This document shows positions 1 to 9,669 of a stretch of 64,000 bases of DNA, piece after piece (position 1 is the stretch's first letter; the number at the start of each line of letters is the position of its first letter). The DNA comes from Acidobacteriota bacterium (GTDB taxonomy: Bacteria; Acidobacteriota; CAIWXX01): NCBI GenBank assembly GCA_040755995.1, contig JBFMAF010000023.1:1-64000 (forward strand), read 5' to 3'. The translations under genes were made by a program, and so were the position numbers. Below the pieces are notes generated by a model, which saw only the letters and a list, made by a program, of their open reading frames with translations, searched no databases and was not told the DNA's origin.

Positions 1-86
1 TCGACGTCGGTGGTCACTACACTTTTCGAGAAGTGCTCTACGTCTGTCGTAAATTCCACACTCACCTCATCCAGCTTCTCATCGTT

Positions 87-911
87 TCAGCCCAGTTTTC
101 GCACTCGCCTGCAAACATGCGCTAGGGTGTCCAGGCCCAGGGGGACTACCATCGAAGCCACTACGCTCTCGACCCGCTCCGGGTGATCACAGCCTGCGGG
201 CCAGTACGTGTAGACGAGTCTCTGCCGATCGCCCTGGATCGACACCGGCTGGCAGCCCACGGCCGTGGCGACGAGTCCGTCCATGCTCGCGCTGCGTTGG
301 ACGAAGTCGCGCGGTGCCCAAATCGCCTTGCCGGTCTTCCCCACGTGGCGGATCACCGTGCTGCTCAGCACGAACCTCCCGGCCGCGCTCTGGGCGATGA
401 TCACCGAGCCGCTGGGCGACGACTCTACGAGCGCGGTCGCAGTGCAGCCGAGGCGCTCGCGGAGCGCACTGAGAGCACGCGAAGCCTCCCCTTCGCCCGC
501 CTCCGACGGCGATTCGCCGACTAGCGCCTGGGGGCGGGTCGTCTCGCCGGGCGAATCAGGATCGGTGGTGGAGGTCGCTTCCAGGATCAGCTCCCCGTCG
601 TCCCCTCCCTTCTTCAGAACGAATTTGAAAGCGCCGATCCCGAGCTGATCTCCGACCCGCATGCGCCCTTCATGGATGCGGATCGCGTTGAGCCAGGTCC
701 CGTTGCGGCTGCCCAGGTCGATCAGTTCGAGGCAATCCGCCAGCGGGTCGATCCGGCAGTGCCGGCGCGAGACCGAGGAGTGCTCGAGCCTGTAGTCGGC
801 ATCCTCGCCGCGTCCGATCACGCCCGCAGCCAGGACACGAATCGGGCCGGGCAGGCTCACAGCTCCTTCTGGCATGTTGGATACCCGTCGACCGCGCTCA
901 TGGTTCTCCAT
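87..911 (-). CDS. FHA domain + GAF-like domain protein (no output domain)
   Basis: FHA motifs IGR...SVSRRHC...DLGSRNGTWLN; C-terminal half LSSTVIRHV...SASM...AVGCQPV resembles the GAF of FHA-GAF proteins; overlaps the kinase stop; start uncertain (911 or 875). Confidence 0.75.
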   Translation of the reverse strand: MENHERGRRVSNMPEGAVSLPGPIRVLAAGVIGRGEDADYRLEHSSVSRRHCRIDPLADCLELIDLGSRNGTWLNAIRIHEGRMRVGDQLGIGAFKFVLKKGGDDGELILEATSTTDPDSPGETTRPQALVGESPSEAGEGEASRALSALRERLGCTATALVESSPSGSVIIAQSAAGRFVLSSTVIRHVGKTGKAIWAPRDFVQRSASMDGLVATAVGCQPVSIQGDRQRLVYTYWPAGCDHPERVESVVASMVVPLGLDTLAHVCRRVRKLG

Positions 912-3702
912 TCGACCCGTCCTGACGCTCATCGGGGAGGGGCATGCGCATCATTCTCGCGGCGGACTCTTGGTACACGTCCAGGACCGCCTGCTGCTCG
1001 GTCGACCAGCGCTCCCCTGCAGACTGTTTCGCCTTCCGGGCTGTCCTCAGGGCTTCTGCGAATCTACCGCTTTCATAGCTGTACCGCGCCTCAAGCATGG
1101 TCAGAAAATGGGCGTCCTGCGTGAAGAGCGGGCGGGCCAGGTCGAGGTTCGTCCTGGCCTCGGGCAGTCTCCTAGCCTTGAGATAGACCTCGGCCAGCAG
1201 CGTGTGCGTGTAGGCCTCGGAAGCCGTATTTCCGATCTCCTGGAAGATCTGGAGCGCTTCCCTCAGCCTGACCTCCGCCTGCTCCAGATCGCCCTGTGTG
1301 GTGGCCAGCACCGCCAGGTTCGCCGTGCGCTCTGCGACCTGTTCCCGATTGCCCATCCTCCTGACGATGGCAAGGGACTCGCTCAGGAACGTCCCGGCCG
1401 CCTCGAGCCGGCCCTGTTCCCAGGCGATGATGCCCAGGTTGTTGAGCGCCAGAGCCTCGACTTCCCGCGTCCTCGATCTGCGGGCCAACTCGATGGCCTC
1501 GCGGAATCTCCGCTGTGCCTCGTCCAGGTCCACCGCCTTCCACCGCACGAGTCCCACGTTGTTCGTCGCGAAGGCCTGCCGCGACAGGTCACCCAGCGAA
1601 CGTCCAAGCTCGAGCGAACGCAGGAACATCCGCTCGGCCTCCTCGAGCCGACTGGTGTTGAGCAGAACAAGTCCAACGTTGTTCGTGTATTTCGCCTGCG
1701 CCGAGAGGTTGCCCCGCTGCGTGGCCGAATCGAGCGCGCGAAGGAAATAGGTTTCCGCCGAGGCGAAATCGCCCTGGCTGCGCGTCACGAAGCCGAGCAG
1801 ATTGAGGGCATCTTCACGCAGGGCTTGATCCGGCGCCAGGGCCTTGTCGGCGAGGATCTCTTCGCCGCGCGCGCGAGCGGCCGCAAGGTCACCGAGCTTC
1901 TGGTCGCACTGGGCGAGTCGAAGTCCGGCCCAGGCGAAGGAGCTCTCGCCGTCCAGGCAGACCTGGAAGTAGGGGCGGGCGGAAGCGGCCCCCTTGCCTC
2001 CGAGGCGTTCGACGCCCATCGCGTAGAGGCGGTTCAACGTGGGGTCCGCAGAGAAGCGCTCGGTGAGCTCCGCCGTGGCTGTTCCCGGTCGCAGGCGAAG
2101 GGCGAGCCTGCGGCTGAGCTCCGCGCCGAGCTCCCCCGGATCCGCTCCTCCGATGCGGCGGGTCGAGCTGCTCCCGTTGCTGTTGCGCGTGGTGTAGGTG
2201 AGCGTGTACTCGCCGGATTCCCCTTCGACAGTGGTCGAGATGACGACCTCAGCCCCGAAGGCGCCGATGAGCTCGGCCGCCAGATCGGGTGGCCTCGCCA
2301 GCCCGCTCTCGCGCGTGATGTCCTCGAGCACCTTCTTCACCCTCTCCGGATCGACGATCTCGATCCCGCCGAGCCGGGTCAATGATCCGCTGACGACGTC
2401 GGCCAGCCCGTCCGTGATCCAGTTCAGCGATGGGTCGTTGGTGCGGTTTTCGAACGGGAGCAGGATCAGGCGGCCGCTCTGGCCGGAAGCCAGCAGCGTC
2501 CCGCCCAAGGCGAGATTGCGGGAGAGCCAGGCGCTGGCCCCGAGCAGCGTCAGCACGGTGAGCAGGAGCGCCGCAGACCAGAGCCTGCGCCTCCGGCGCG
2601 CCGGCTTGGCTTCGATCCAGGAGAGTGTCTCCGCGACGGCCTCGATGCCGGGCCGCCCAACGATCTGCGGGCACTTCATCTGCGTGACCAGCCGGGCCAG
2701 ATGCGGATCCACGCCCTCGACCGGCAGCGTCCTTCCTTCGGCGACATTGGCGAGGAGTTCCTTCACCGCCGCCTCTCCGTAGGCCCTGCTTCCGGTGAAC
2801 AGCTCCTGCATCAGGATGCCCAGCGAGAAGACGTCGCTGGCCGGCCCGGCGCCCTCGCCGCGCGCCTGCTCCGGGCTCATGTACGAGAGGGTTCCCATCA
2901 CCGTCCCGTGAACAGTCAGGTCCCCGGCGAGTTGTGCCGCCGCGCCTGGGCTGATCGGATCCGATGAGCCTGCCGGCGGCTGCGCGGCCGGGGGCTGCTC
3001 GGTGGAGGCGTCTCCCGCTGTCAGCGAGCGGGCGATTCCGAAGTCCAGGATCTTGATGGCCCCCCCAGCCGTCACCATGATGTTCTCGGGCTTGATGTCG
3101 CGGTGGACGATACCCTTGGCGTGGGCTACGGCGAGCGCATGGGCCACGTCGCGGCTGATTCTTAGCTTGGCGTTGAAGCTCAGGTTCGAGGCGCAGTCGC
3201 GCAGGGTCCGGCCATCGACAAGTTCCATTACCAGGAGGTCGGCCGACGCCGTCTCGATCAGATCGAAGACCTGGCAGATGCCGGGATGCTGGAGCTTGGA
3301 GAGGATGCGGGCTTCTCGGACGAAACGAGCCTTCGACTGCGCGTCGAAGCGGCGGCTCGCATTCATCGACTTGATCGCCACGGGCCGCTCGAGTTTCTCG
3401 TCGAAGCCGCGATATACCTCTCCCATGCCCCCGCTGCCGATCAGTGCCTCGACGCGGAGGCTGCCCACGCGCGCGCCAGCTAGCGCCCCTTCCGGGATCG
3501 CGGCGCCGGCGATGGCACCGGCGATCCTGTCCCCCTGCGATTCCCCGCTCCCGCGTTCAGCCGAAAACGAGATCCTGGCCCAAGACGTCGACTGATCCTG
3601 CGTCACCGTCGGCTGATCCCATGCCGGTGGTTCCGCCGGGGGAGTCCCCAGCACTCCACCGTCAGTGTGCCCGTCCAGAACTCCTCCCTGGCGAGCGATC
3701 AA
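898..3702 (-). CDS. Ser/Thr protein kinase with TM helix, TolB-N-like segment and TPR repeats
   Basis: GSGGMGEVY, VAIK, HRDIKPEN, DFG, SPE intact; TM WSAALLLTVLTLLGASAWL; LLPFENRTNDPSLNWITDG; repeated NN(V/L)G TPR units; start uncertain. Confidence 0.9.
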   Translation of the reverse strand: MIARQGGVLDGHTDGGVLGTPPAEPPAWDQPTVTQDQSTSWARISFSAERGSGESQGDRIAGAIAGAAIPEGALAGARVGSLRVEALIGSGGMGEVYRGFDEKLERPVAIKSMNASRRFDAQSKARFVREARILSKLQHPGICQVFDLIETASADLLVMELVDGRTLRDCASNLSFNAKLRISRDVAHALAVAHAKGIVHRDIKPENIMVTAGGAIKILDFGIARSLTAGDASTEQPPAAQPPAGSSDPISPGAAAQLAGDLTVHGTVMGTLSYMSPEQARGEGAGPASDVFSLGILMQELFTGSRAYGEAAVKELLANVAEGRTLPVEGVDPHLARLVTQMKCPQIVGRPGIEAVAETLSWIEAKPARRRRRLWSAALLLTVLTLLGASAWLSRNLALGGTLLASGQSGRLILLPFENRTNDPSLNWITDGLADVVSGSLTRLGGIEIVDPERVKKVLEDITRESGLARPPDLAAELIGAFGAEVVISTTVEGESGEYTLTYTTRNSNGSSSTRRIGGADPGELGAELSRRLALRLRPGTATAELTERFSADPTLNRLYAMGVERLGGKGAASARPYFQVCLDGESSFAWAGLRLAQCDQKLGDLAAARARGEEILADKALAPDQALREDALNLLGFVTRSQGDFASAETYFLRALDSATQRGNLSAQAKYTNNVGLVLLNTSRLEEAERMFLRSLELGRSLGDLSRQAFATNNVGLVRWKAVDLDEAQRRFREAIELARRSRTREVEALALNNLGIIAWEQGRLEAAGTFLSESLAIVRRMGNREQVAERTANLAVLATTQGDLEQAEVRLREALQIFQEIGNTASEAYTHTLLAEVYLKARRLPEARTNLDLARPLFTQDAHFLTMLEARYSYESGRFAEALRTARKAKQSAGERWSTEQQAVLDVYQESAARMMRMPLPDERQDGSNGEP

Positions 3703-3832
3703 TCAGCCGCCCGGTTGTTTGTTTGCCCACCGGAGAATAGCCCCGAGGTGTGTTGATGTCAAGAAGGCGTTGGGACCCGGTGGGACCCGGGCGCTTCCTG
3801 AGCAAACCATCGAGTAGGATTTCACCGTCACC

Positions 3833-6775
3833 ATGCCACGTTCTCTGACTGTGACCCAGACGCGGGAAGGCCGCCTCTGCAGAGTCTACGAAGTCGGGGA
3901 AGTACACGGACGGCATTACATCGCGATGCAATTCATCAGCGGCCGGACGCTCGCTCAGGCCGCGAGAGAACTGACTCTGGAGCAGAGAGTCACGATCATG
4001 AGGCAGGTGGCGGAAGCCGTGCACGCGGCCCACCGCGCAGGGCTGGTCCACCGCGATCTGAAGCCGTCGAACATCATGATCGAGTCGACCGAGGGAAGCG
4101 GGCTGGTTCCATATGTAGTGGACTTCGGATTGGTGCGCGACGTGGCCGCTGGCAGTATTACCACGACTCGGACGGCCCTGGGCACGCCGTCGTTCATGGC
4201 GCCCGAGCAGGTGCAGAGCGGATCCGTGGTGATCGATCGCCGGACGGACGTATACGGGCTGGGCGCCACGCTCTATTCCGTCCTGGCAGGGATTCCTCCT
4301 TTCGACGGAGGCAGCGCTATCGAGATATTGATGAAGGTGATGCACGACGAGCCCGCGTCTTTCGATCGTGCCGCCCCGCAGATCCCGCGAGACCTGTCCA
4401 GAATCGTGATGAAATGCCTGGAGAAGGATCCTCGCCGGCGCTACGACTCGGCCAGAGCCCTGGCCGAGGACCTGCAGCGATATCTCGACGGGGAGCCGGT
4501 GCTCGCGCTGCCCACCAGCGTGGCCTACCGCCTCAGGAGAATCGCGAGAAGGAACCGTGCACTGGTCTCGGTCGCGGGCATCGCGATCCTCATCGTCGTC
4601 TTTCTGATCGGCCTGTCGATCAACGCGCGGCGCACGGCCACTCAGCGCGCGCAGATCGCGCAGCAGTTCGGACAGAGGGTGGAGCGAGCCGAGCAGCTAC
4701 TGTGGAGGGCCCGCACGATCCCGCTGCACGACATACGCCCGACCAAGACAGTGGTTCGCAAGTACCTTTCCGAAATCGAGCAGGACATGAAGGCGATGGG
4801 GAGGGTGGCCGAGGGCGCAGGGCATTCGGCCCTCGGTCGCGGCTACATTGCGCTCGGGGAAATCGACGCGGCGGGCGAGCACCTGAACGCTGCATGGAAG
4901 CTGGGCTACCAGACCCCGGACGTGGCCTACGGACTGGGTCTCGTCCTTGGGAAGCAGTACGAACGGGAGCTTGCGAAGCTGAAGGGCATCGGTGACGACA
5001 AGCTGCGCGAGAGTCTCCAGGCCAGGGCGCAGGAGACCTATCGCCGCCCGGCACTCGTCTACCTTCGCAGAGGCAGCGGAAACGACCTCGCCACGCCGAA
5101 GTACCTCGAGGCCCTGCTCGCTTTCTACGAGGGGAAGTACGAAGTAGCCGTGGAGAAAGCGCAGGCGGCGTTCCGTGACGTTCCCTGGCTTTACGAGGCT
5201 GCCATCCTCCAGGGGAAGAGCCTGCGCGACCTTGCACAACAGTTGAGGTACAAGGGGAGATACGACGAGGTCCGGCGACTGATCTCGAAGTCCAGGGACG
5301 CCTACATCCAGGCGTCCTCTGTTGGGAGGAGCGATCCCGAAGTCTATATTGGCTTGGCCGACTTGAGCGCCGCTATCGTAGAAATGGACGTATGGGTACG
5401 GAACAGGTTCGACCAGCAAGCTCTGGACCAGACGGTTGAGTATGCGGAGTCTTCTCTGCGGGCCGACCCCGACAGCTCGGTGCCCCTTTGTCACATGGCT
5501 GCCGCGTATCTCGACTGCGCCGAGTATCACATCCAGAGGGGCGAGGATGCGGCCGACATCCTCGACAGGTCGATATCCTTTGGGCTTCGGGCGGTCAGTC
5601 TGGACCGGAGAAACGCCAATGCACTCATGATCCTCGGCCTTGCGTATTGGGCGAGGGGCAAAGCCGAGATCGACCTTGGGCAGGATCCTCGCGGTTCGCT
5701 CGATCGCGCGCAGGAGTGTGTTGCGGAGGCCGTGCGACTGGAATCGGGAGATCAGGCTGATGCTCTGACCGCCAGCGGGCTCGTGTGGCTGGACCGAGCC
5801 TACGCTGAGATCCTGCTCGAAGAGGGCACTCCACGCGTCTCGCTCGAAAGGGCCATCGATCGTTTCGCCCAGGCGCGCAAGTTCAACCCCAACGACTCCA
5901 GCCCAGTGCTGGACACGGCGCTCGCCCTCGTGTGGTCTGCCAACCTGGTGTCCGATACCTCGGAGCCGGGGGCCCGCTCGTGCTGTGAGCGGGCGCTGGT
6001 TGCAGCGGCGGATGCGGTGAAGATGAACCCGCGTTTCTACTGGACTCACCGCGTTCTGGGAGACGCTCTGGCCCTCGCGGCACGACTAGATGCACAGGGT
6101 GGCCTCGACCCTTCTCCGCGGCTGCTGAAGGCCGGAGAGAGCTACCAGAAGGCCCTCGAGCTCAGCTCCAACAGCCCCGTCGTGCGGGGCCTGTACGCCG
6201 ACTCGTATCGCATCCAGGCTGAGTGGGAGCTAGACAGTTGGCGTTCGCCTGAGGCTGCGCTGGCGAAGGCGCGTGATGCGCTGAGACTGGCCGGCGACAC
6301 GGACGATGCTGCCCAAGCCGCCCTGGACCTCATCCGGGCGAAATGGCAGATGCAGCAGAACCACTCGCCCATGGGCACGCTGGCCGACGCCGAACGCATG
6401 CTAAGGAAGTCCCTCCCGTTGCCTCTCGGCGGCCCGCCCGCACGGGCTCTGCTGGCCGAGGTGCATCTGTTGCGAGCAAGATGGTTGTCAGCCCAGGGCG
6501 CCAACTCGGCCCATGATCTGAACCAGGCGCTCGATCTGACGGCGCAGGCGCTCCGATGGGAGTTCACCAAGAACAAGGTCTCGCTGCTCCGGGCAGGCGC
6601 CCTGCTCCTCAGATCCAGGCACGGACGCGCGGTGGACGAGAGATGCAAGTCAGCGAATGAAGCGCAGGCGCTCCTCCAGCATCTCTCGGGCCTTGGGGGT
6701 GTACGGGAGCGAAGGCGGGCTGCCTTGCTCGAGGAGGCGGGCCGTCTGTGCCCGCCAGAGGAATCGACCAGGTAG
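3833..6775 (+). CDS. Ser/Thr kinase-TM-TPR-like protein lacking most of the kinase N-lobe (pseudokinase or partial pseudogene)
   Basis: Begins MPRSLTVTQTREGR then LCRVYEVG; no Gly loop or VAxK lysine; HRDLKPSN, DFG, APE present; TM VSVAGIAILIVVFLIGLSI. Confidence 0.8.
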   Translation: MPRSLTVTQTREGRLCRVYEVGEVHGRHYIAMQFISGRTLAQAARELTLEQRVTIMRQVAEAVHAAHRAGLVHRDLKPSNIMIESTEGSGLVPYVVDFGLVRDVAAGSITTTRTALGTPSFMAPEQVQSGSVVIDRRTDVYGLGATLYSVLAGIPPFDGGSAIEILMKVMHDEPASFDRAAPQIPRDLSRIVMKCLEKDPRRRYDSARALAEDLQRYLDGEPVLALPTSVAYRLRRIARRNRALVSVAGIAILIVVFLIGLSINARRTATQRAQIAQQFGQRVERAEQLLWRARTIPLHDIRPTKTVVRKYLSEIEQDMKAMGRVAEGAGHSALGRGYIALGEIDAAGEHLNAAWKLGYQTPDVAYGLGLVLGKQYERELAKLKGIGDDKLRESLQARAQETYRRPALVYLRRGSGNDLATPKYLEALLAFYEGKYEVAVEKAQAAFRDVPWLYEAAILQGKSLRDLAQQLRYKGRYDEVRRLISKSRDAYIQASSVGRSDPEVYIGLADLSAAIVEMDVWVRNRFDQQALDQTVEYAESSLRADPDSSVPLCHMAAAYLDCAEYHIQRGEDAADILDRSISFGLRAVSLDRRNANALMILGLAYWARGKAEIDLGQDPRGSLDRAQECVAEAVRLESGDQADALTASGLVWLDRAYAEILLEEGTPRVSLERAIDRFAQARKFNPNDSSPVLDTALALVWSANLVSDTSEPGARSCCERALVAAADAVKMNPRFYWTHRVLGDALALAARLDAQGGLDPSPRLLKAGESYQKALELSSNSPVVRGLYADSYRIQAEWELDSWRSPEAALAKARDALRLAGDTDDAAQAALDLIRAKWQMQQNHSPMGTLADAERMLRKSLPLPLGGPPARALLAEVHLLRARWLSAQGANSAHDLNQALDLTAQALRWEFTKNKVSLLRAGALLLRSRHGRAVDERCKSANEAQALLQHLSGLGGVRERRRAALLEEAGRLCPPEESTR

Positions 6776-6841
6776 ATGCCGAGGCCCGCGAGCATGGGTC
6801 GCGGCACCCGTCGCTGGGCCTTCCTCCGCCCGCCAAGCGGG

Positions 6842-6850
6842 TGCTATACT
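6842..6850 (+). promoter_or_regulatory. Extended -10 element (TGCTATACT) upstream of ECF sigma gene
   Basis: TGn-TATACT about 30 nt before GTG 6882. Confidence 0.45.
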
Positions 6851-6881
6851 CAGCCCGGGAGTCTTACTGCGAGAAGATCAG

Positions 6882-7460
6882 GTGGATGGCCCGCGCGAAC
6901 TCACTCAGGCGCTGAACGACTGGATCAAGGGTGACCGGGATGCCTTGGCTGAGCTCATGCCGCCCATATATGACGAGTTGCGGCGAATGGCGCGCCGTGC
7001 GCTCCGCGCGGAGCGTCCGCACCACACCCTGCAGGCCACGGCCCTGGTCAACGAGCTCTACCTGCGGCTGGTCGGACTGAACAACCTCAGCTGGCAGAAC
7101 CGAGCCCACTTCTTCGCGATCGCCGCTGAGATGATGCGCAGGATCCTTGTCGATTACGCGCGCACGCGCAATCGAGCGAAACGAGGAGGCGGTCTGGAGC
7201 CGGTCTCGCTGGATGTCTCGATGGTCATCGCCGAACAGGCGGGCCTGGATGTGACGGCCCTGGACGAGGCGCTACAGGAGCTGACGGCGATGGACCAACG
7301 CCAGGGGCGCGTCGTCGAGTTGCGGTTCTTCGCCGGGCTGACGAACGAGGAGATCGCCGAAGTCATGGGGATCTCGGTGGCCACGGTGAAGCGCGAGTGG
7401 GTGGCAGCCCGCGCCTGGCTGCACCGGCGCATACTCGGTGTTCCTGCGCCGAGAGGCTGA
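6882..7460 (+). CDS. ECF sigma factor, TIGR02999/ECF43-like (kinase-associated type)
   Basis: YDELRRMARR...HTLQATALVNELYLRL...NRAHFFAIAAEMMRRILVDYAR...KRGGG...RVVELRFFAGL...ATVKREW; in-frame GTG at 6882. Confidence 0.9.
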   Translation: MDGPRELTQALNDWIKGDRDALAELMPPIYDELRRMARRALRAERPHHTLQATALVNELYLRLVGLNNLSWQNRAHFFAIAAEMMRRILVDYARTRNRAKRGGGLEPVSLDVSMVIAEQAGLDVTALDEALQELTAMDQRQGRVVELRFFAGLTNEEIAEVMGISVATVKREWVAARAWLHRRILGVPAPRG

Positions 7461-7525
7461 GAATCGCCAATCTCGTCCGGGATTCTCGATCGACAGATTC
7501 CACGGCTGCTCTGCTGTTCAGTCGG

Positions 7526-7760
7526 CTATCTGACCTTGAACTGGACCACATTGCTGGTCACGCTGCCGGAGACCACTTTCACCTTGTAGGTCCTCCCACT
7601 CCTGCACTTCGCCGGGATATTCACGTCGAGCCGCGAAGCAGAGGCCTTCTTCGGTGTCACTTTCAGCTTCCCGAAGTAGACGATGTTCGAGGCTGCGGCC
7701 GGCGAGAAGTTCGTTCCGTAGATGCTGGCAGGCGTGCAGGGCTTCCCCTTCTTGCTGCTA
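7526..7760 (-). pseudogene. Orphan Lys-rich IPT/TIG C-terminal domain fragment
   Basis: SKKGKPCTPASIYGTNFS...NIVYFGKLKV...RLDVNIPAKC...SNVVQFKVR*, homologous to C-termini of genes at 43067, 44883, 53573; no signal peptide or passenger upstream. Confidence 0.7.
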
Positions 7761-7842
7761 TGGCGAACCCCGCTGCCGGCACCGGCGTCAGCGCAGGGAG
7801 ATGTTGCTCGGCATGGCGCAAAAGCCGGAACCATTCAGTCTA

Positions 7843-7880
7843 GCGAGGCCACGCCTCAAACCGACGAGGCGTGGCCTCGC
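7843..7880. repeat. Perfect 15-bp stem hairpin (REP-like)
   Basis: GCGAGGCCACGCCTC-AAACCGAC-GAGGCGTGGCCTCGC. Confidence 0.75.
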
Positions 7881-8017
7881 GTTGAAAGTCGAAAGTTGAA
7901 AGTCGAAACCGACCGCGTTTTCCTCCACCAACAGCGGCCGACGCCCCCGCACGGAAAGCAGAGCCTTCGACTACCTCACTGTTGACCGCTTTCAACTTTG
8001 GACTTTCAACTTTGAAC
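7881..8017. repeat. Inverted pair of heptamer tandem arrays
   Basis: GTT-GAAAGTC-GAAAGTT-GAAAGTC-GAAACC at 7881-7910 and CTTTCAACTTTGGACTTTCAACTTTGAAC at 7989-8017. Confidence 0.7.
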
Positions 8018-8126
8018 ATCGCCTTGTCCGCCACGAAAAACTCGTCACATTCGTTCAGATCTGCTGCGGACAAGGCGCCTAGTCGCGGACGAGAGGGCAA
8101 TCCGTCTACAGGGTGCCGGAGGTCAT

Positions 8127-8161
8127 ATTAGTTTGATCTCAAACTAATTATGCCCTATAAT
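8127..8161 (+). promoter_or_regulatory. sigma70-like promoter with 22-bp palindromic operator over the -35
   Basis: ATTAGTTTGA-TC-TCAAACTAAT (8127-8148); -35 TTGATC 8133-8138, 17-nt spacer, -10 TATAAT 8156-8161. Confidence 0.8.
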
Positions 8162-8307
8162 AGCTGCATCGAGCAGCATCGGAGTACTATGCTTTGCGAA
8201 GCGACGGGCGTCGACGGAGCCATGACACCGATTCGGCCCGACGTCTCGCGATTCTCGCGGGGCGGCAGTCATGATCTCGGCACCCTGAGACGGCGGCAGT
8301 GTGCGGC

Positions 8308-9582
8308 ATGTTCAAGTTGAAGCGCTTCGTTCCAGTGGCTCTCCTGAGCACCGTCGCTCTGGCGGCATGTGACGGTCCTCAGACCCGGCCGACTCAAGTC
8401 ACCATTGTCTTCAGGCACGGCAAGGTGCCCGGCGGGCCCAACCTCCTCCGGGAGCTTCTGGACCGATTCGAGAACGAATCCGGCATTCGCGTGGTCGACG
8501 AGACGCTGCCGGCTTCCACGGACATCCAGCATCAGTACTTCATCACCACACTCGAGGGCGGCCGATCCGACCTGGACGTGGTCTCGATGGACGTGATCTG
8601 GGTTCCGGAGTTCAGCAGGGCGGGATGGCTGTTGCCGCTCTCCGAGAGGGTGCCCGGCGCCGCCCGCACCCTGTTCTTCCGCGCCCCTATCGACGCCTGC
8701 ACATTCGCCGGGGATCTCTACGGTGTCCCATGGTACGTCGATGCAGGGGTGCTCTACTATCGAAAGGACATCCTGGAAGCGTACGGCATGGGCATCCCTG
8801 AGTCGTACCCGGAGCTCGCCGGGCAGGTCCGCAGGGTACTCGCGCGTGAACCCACCCTCTACGGATTCCTCTGGCAGGGGAAGCAGTACGAGGGGCTGGT
8901 CTGCTGCGCACTCGAAGTGCTTGCGTCGTTCGGCGGCTCCGTGGTCAGCAAGGGCCGGGTGACGATCGCGTCGCCGGAAGCGCGGGAAGCCTTCCGGTTC
9001 ATGAGAGAGATGGTGGCGAGCGGAATGAGCCCACCGCTGGTGACCACGGCAGACGAGGAGGCCACCAGGCTCGTCTTCGGAAGCGGCAGGGCCGTGTTTC
9101 TGCGTAACTGGCTCTACGCCTGGAGCCTTTTCGAGCGCGAGGGCTCTCCGGTGCGAGGCAAGGTCGGCGTCGCGCCGATTCCGCCGGGTCCTTCCGGCAC
9201 GGGTGGATCTACGCTCGGGGGTTGGCAGCTGGGGATCGCGCGGCAGAGCAGTCACCCCGACCAAGCATGGGCTCTAATCGAGTTTCTGACCAGACCAGAC
9301 TCGCAGGCGCGCCTCGCGCGCACAGTCGGCTACCGGCCGTCGCGCCGTTCGCTTTACGACGACGCGGCGCTGATCCGCGACATCCCCGTCCTCCCGCAGC
9401 TTGTCGGCTCGATCGACCGAGCGCACCCGCGACCTGTGACGGCGCTCTATCCGGCGCTCTCTCAGATACTGCAGCCCGAGATCTCGGCTATCATCACAGG
9501 TGTCAAGGGCGTCGACGAGGCTCTCGAAGACGCGCGCCGTGAGTTGCAGCTGGTGCTGGATGAGATGGCGTGCGACCCGTGA
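8308..9582 (+). CDS. Sugar ABC transporter substrate-binding lipoprotein (trehalose/maltose-like family)
   Basis: Lipobox LAAC; DVIWVPEF, LYYRKD, QGKQYEGLVC, FLRNW, STLGGWQLGI. Confidence 0.9.
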   Translation: MFKLKRFVPVALLSTVALAACDGPQTRPTQVTIVFRHGKVPGGPNLLRELLDRFENESGIRVVDETLPASTDIQHQYFITTLEGGRSDLDVVSMDVIWVPEFSRAGWLLPLSERVPGAARTLFFRAPIDACTFAGDLYGVPWYVDAGVLYYRKDILEAYGMGIPESYPELAGQVRRVLAREPTLYGFLWQGKQYEGLVCCALEVLASFGGSVVSKGRVTIASPEAREAFRFMREMVASGMSPPLVTTADEEATRLVFGSGRAVFLRNWLYAWSLFEREGSPVRGKVGVAPIPPGPSGTGGSTLGGWQLGIARQSSHPDQAWALIEFLTRPDSQARLARTVGYRPSRRSLYDDAALIRDIPVLPQLVGSIDRAHPRPVTALYPALSQILQPEISAIITGVKGVDEALEDARRELQLVLDEMACDP

Positions 9583-9669
9583 GCTCCGATAGAAGAACCC
9601 GGCAGCAGAACGAGAGACGATGTGAGCGAGCGGCGGACCTCATGACGGAAAGGCGAGAAGAGTGAAAAG

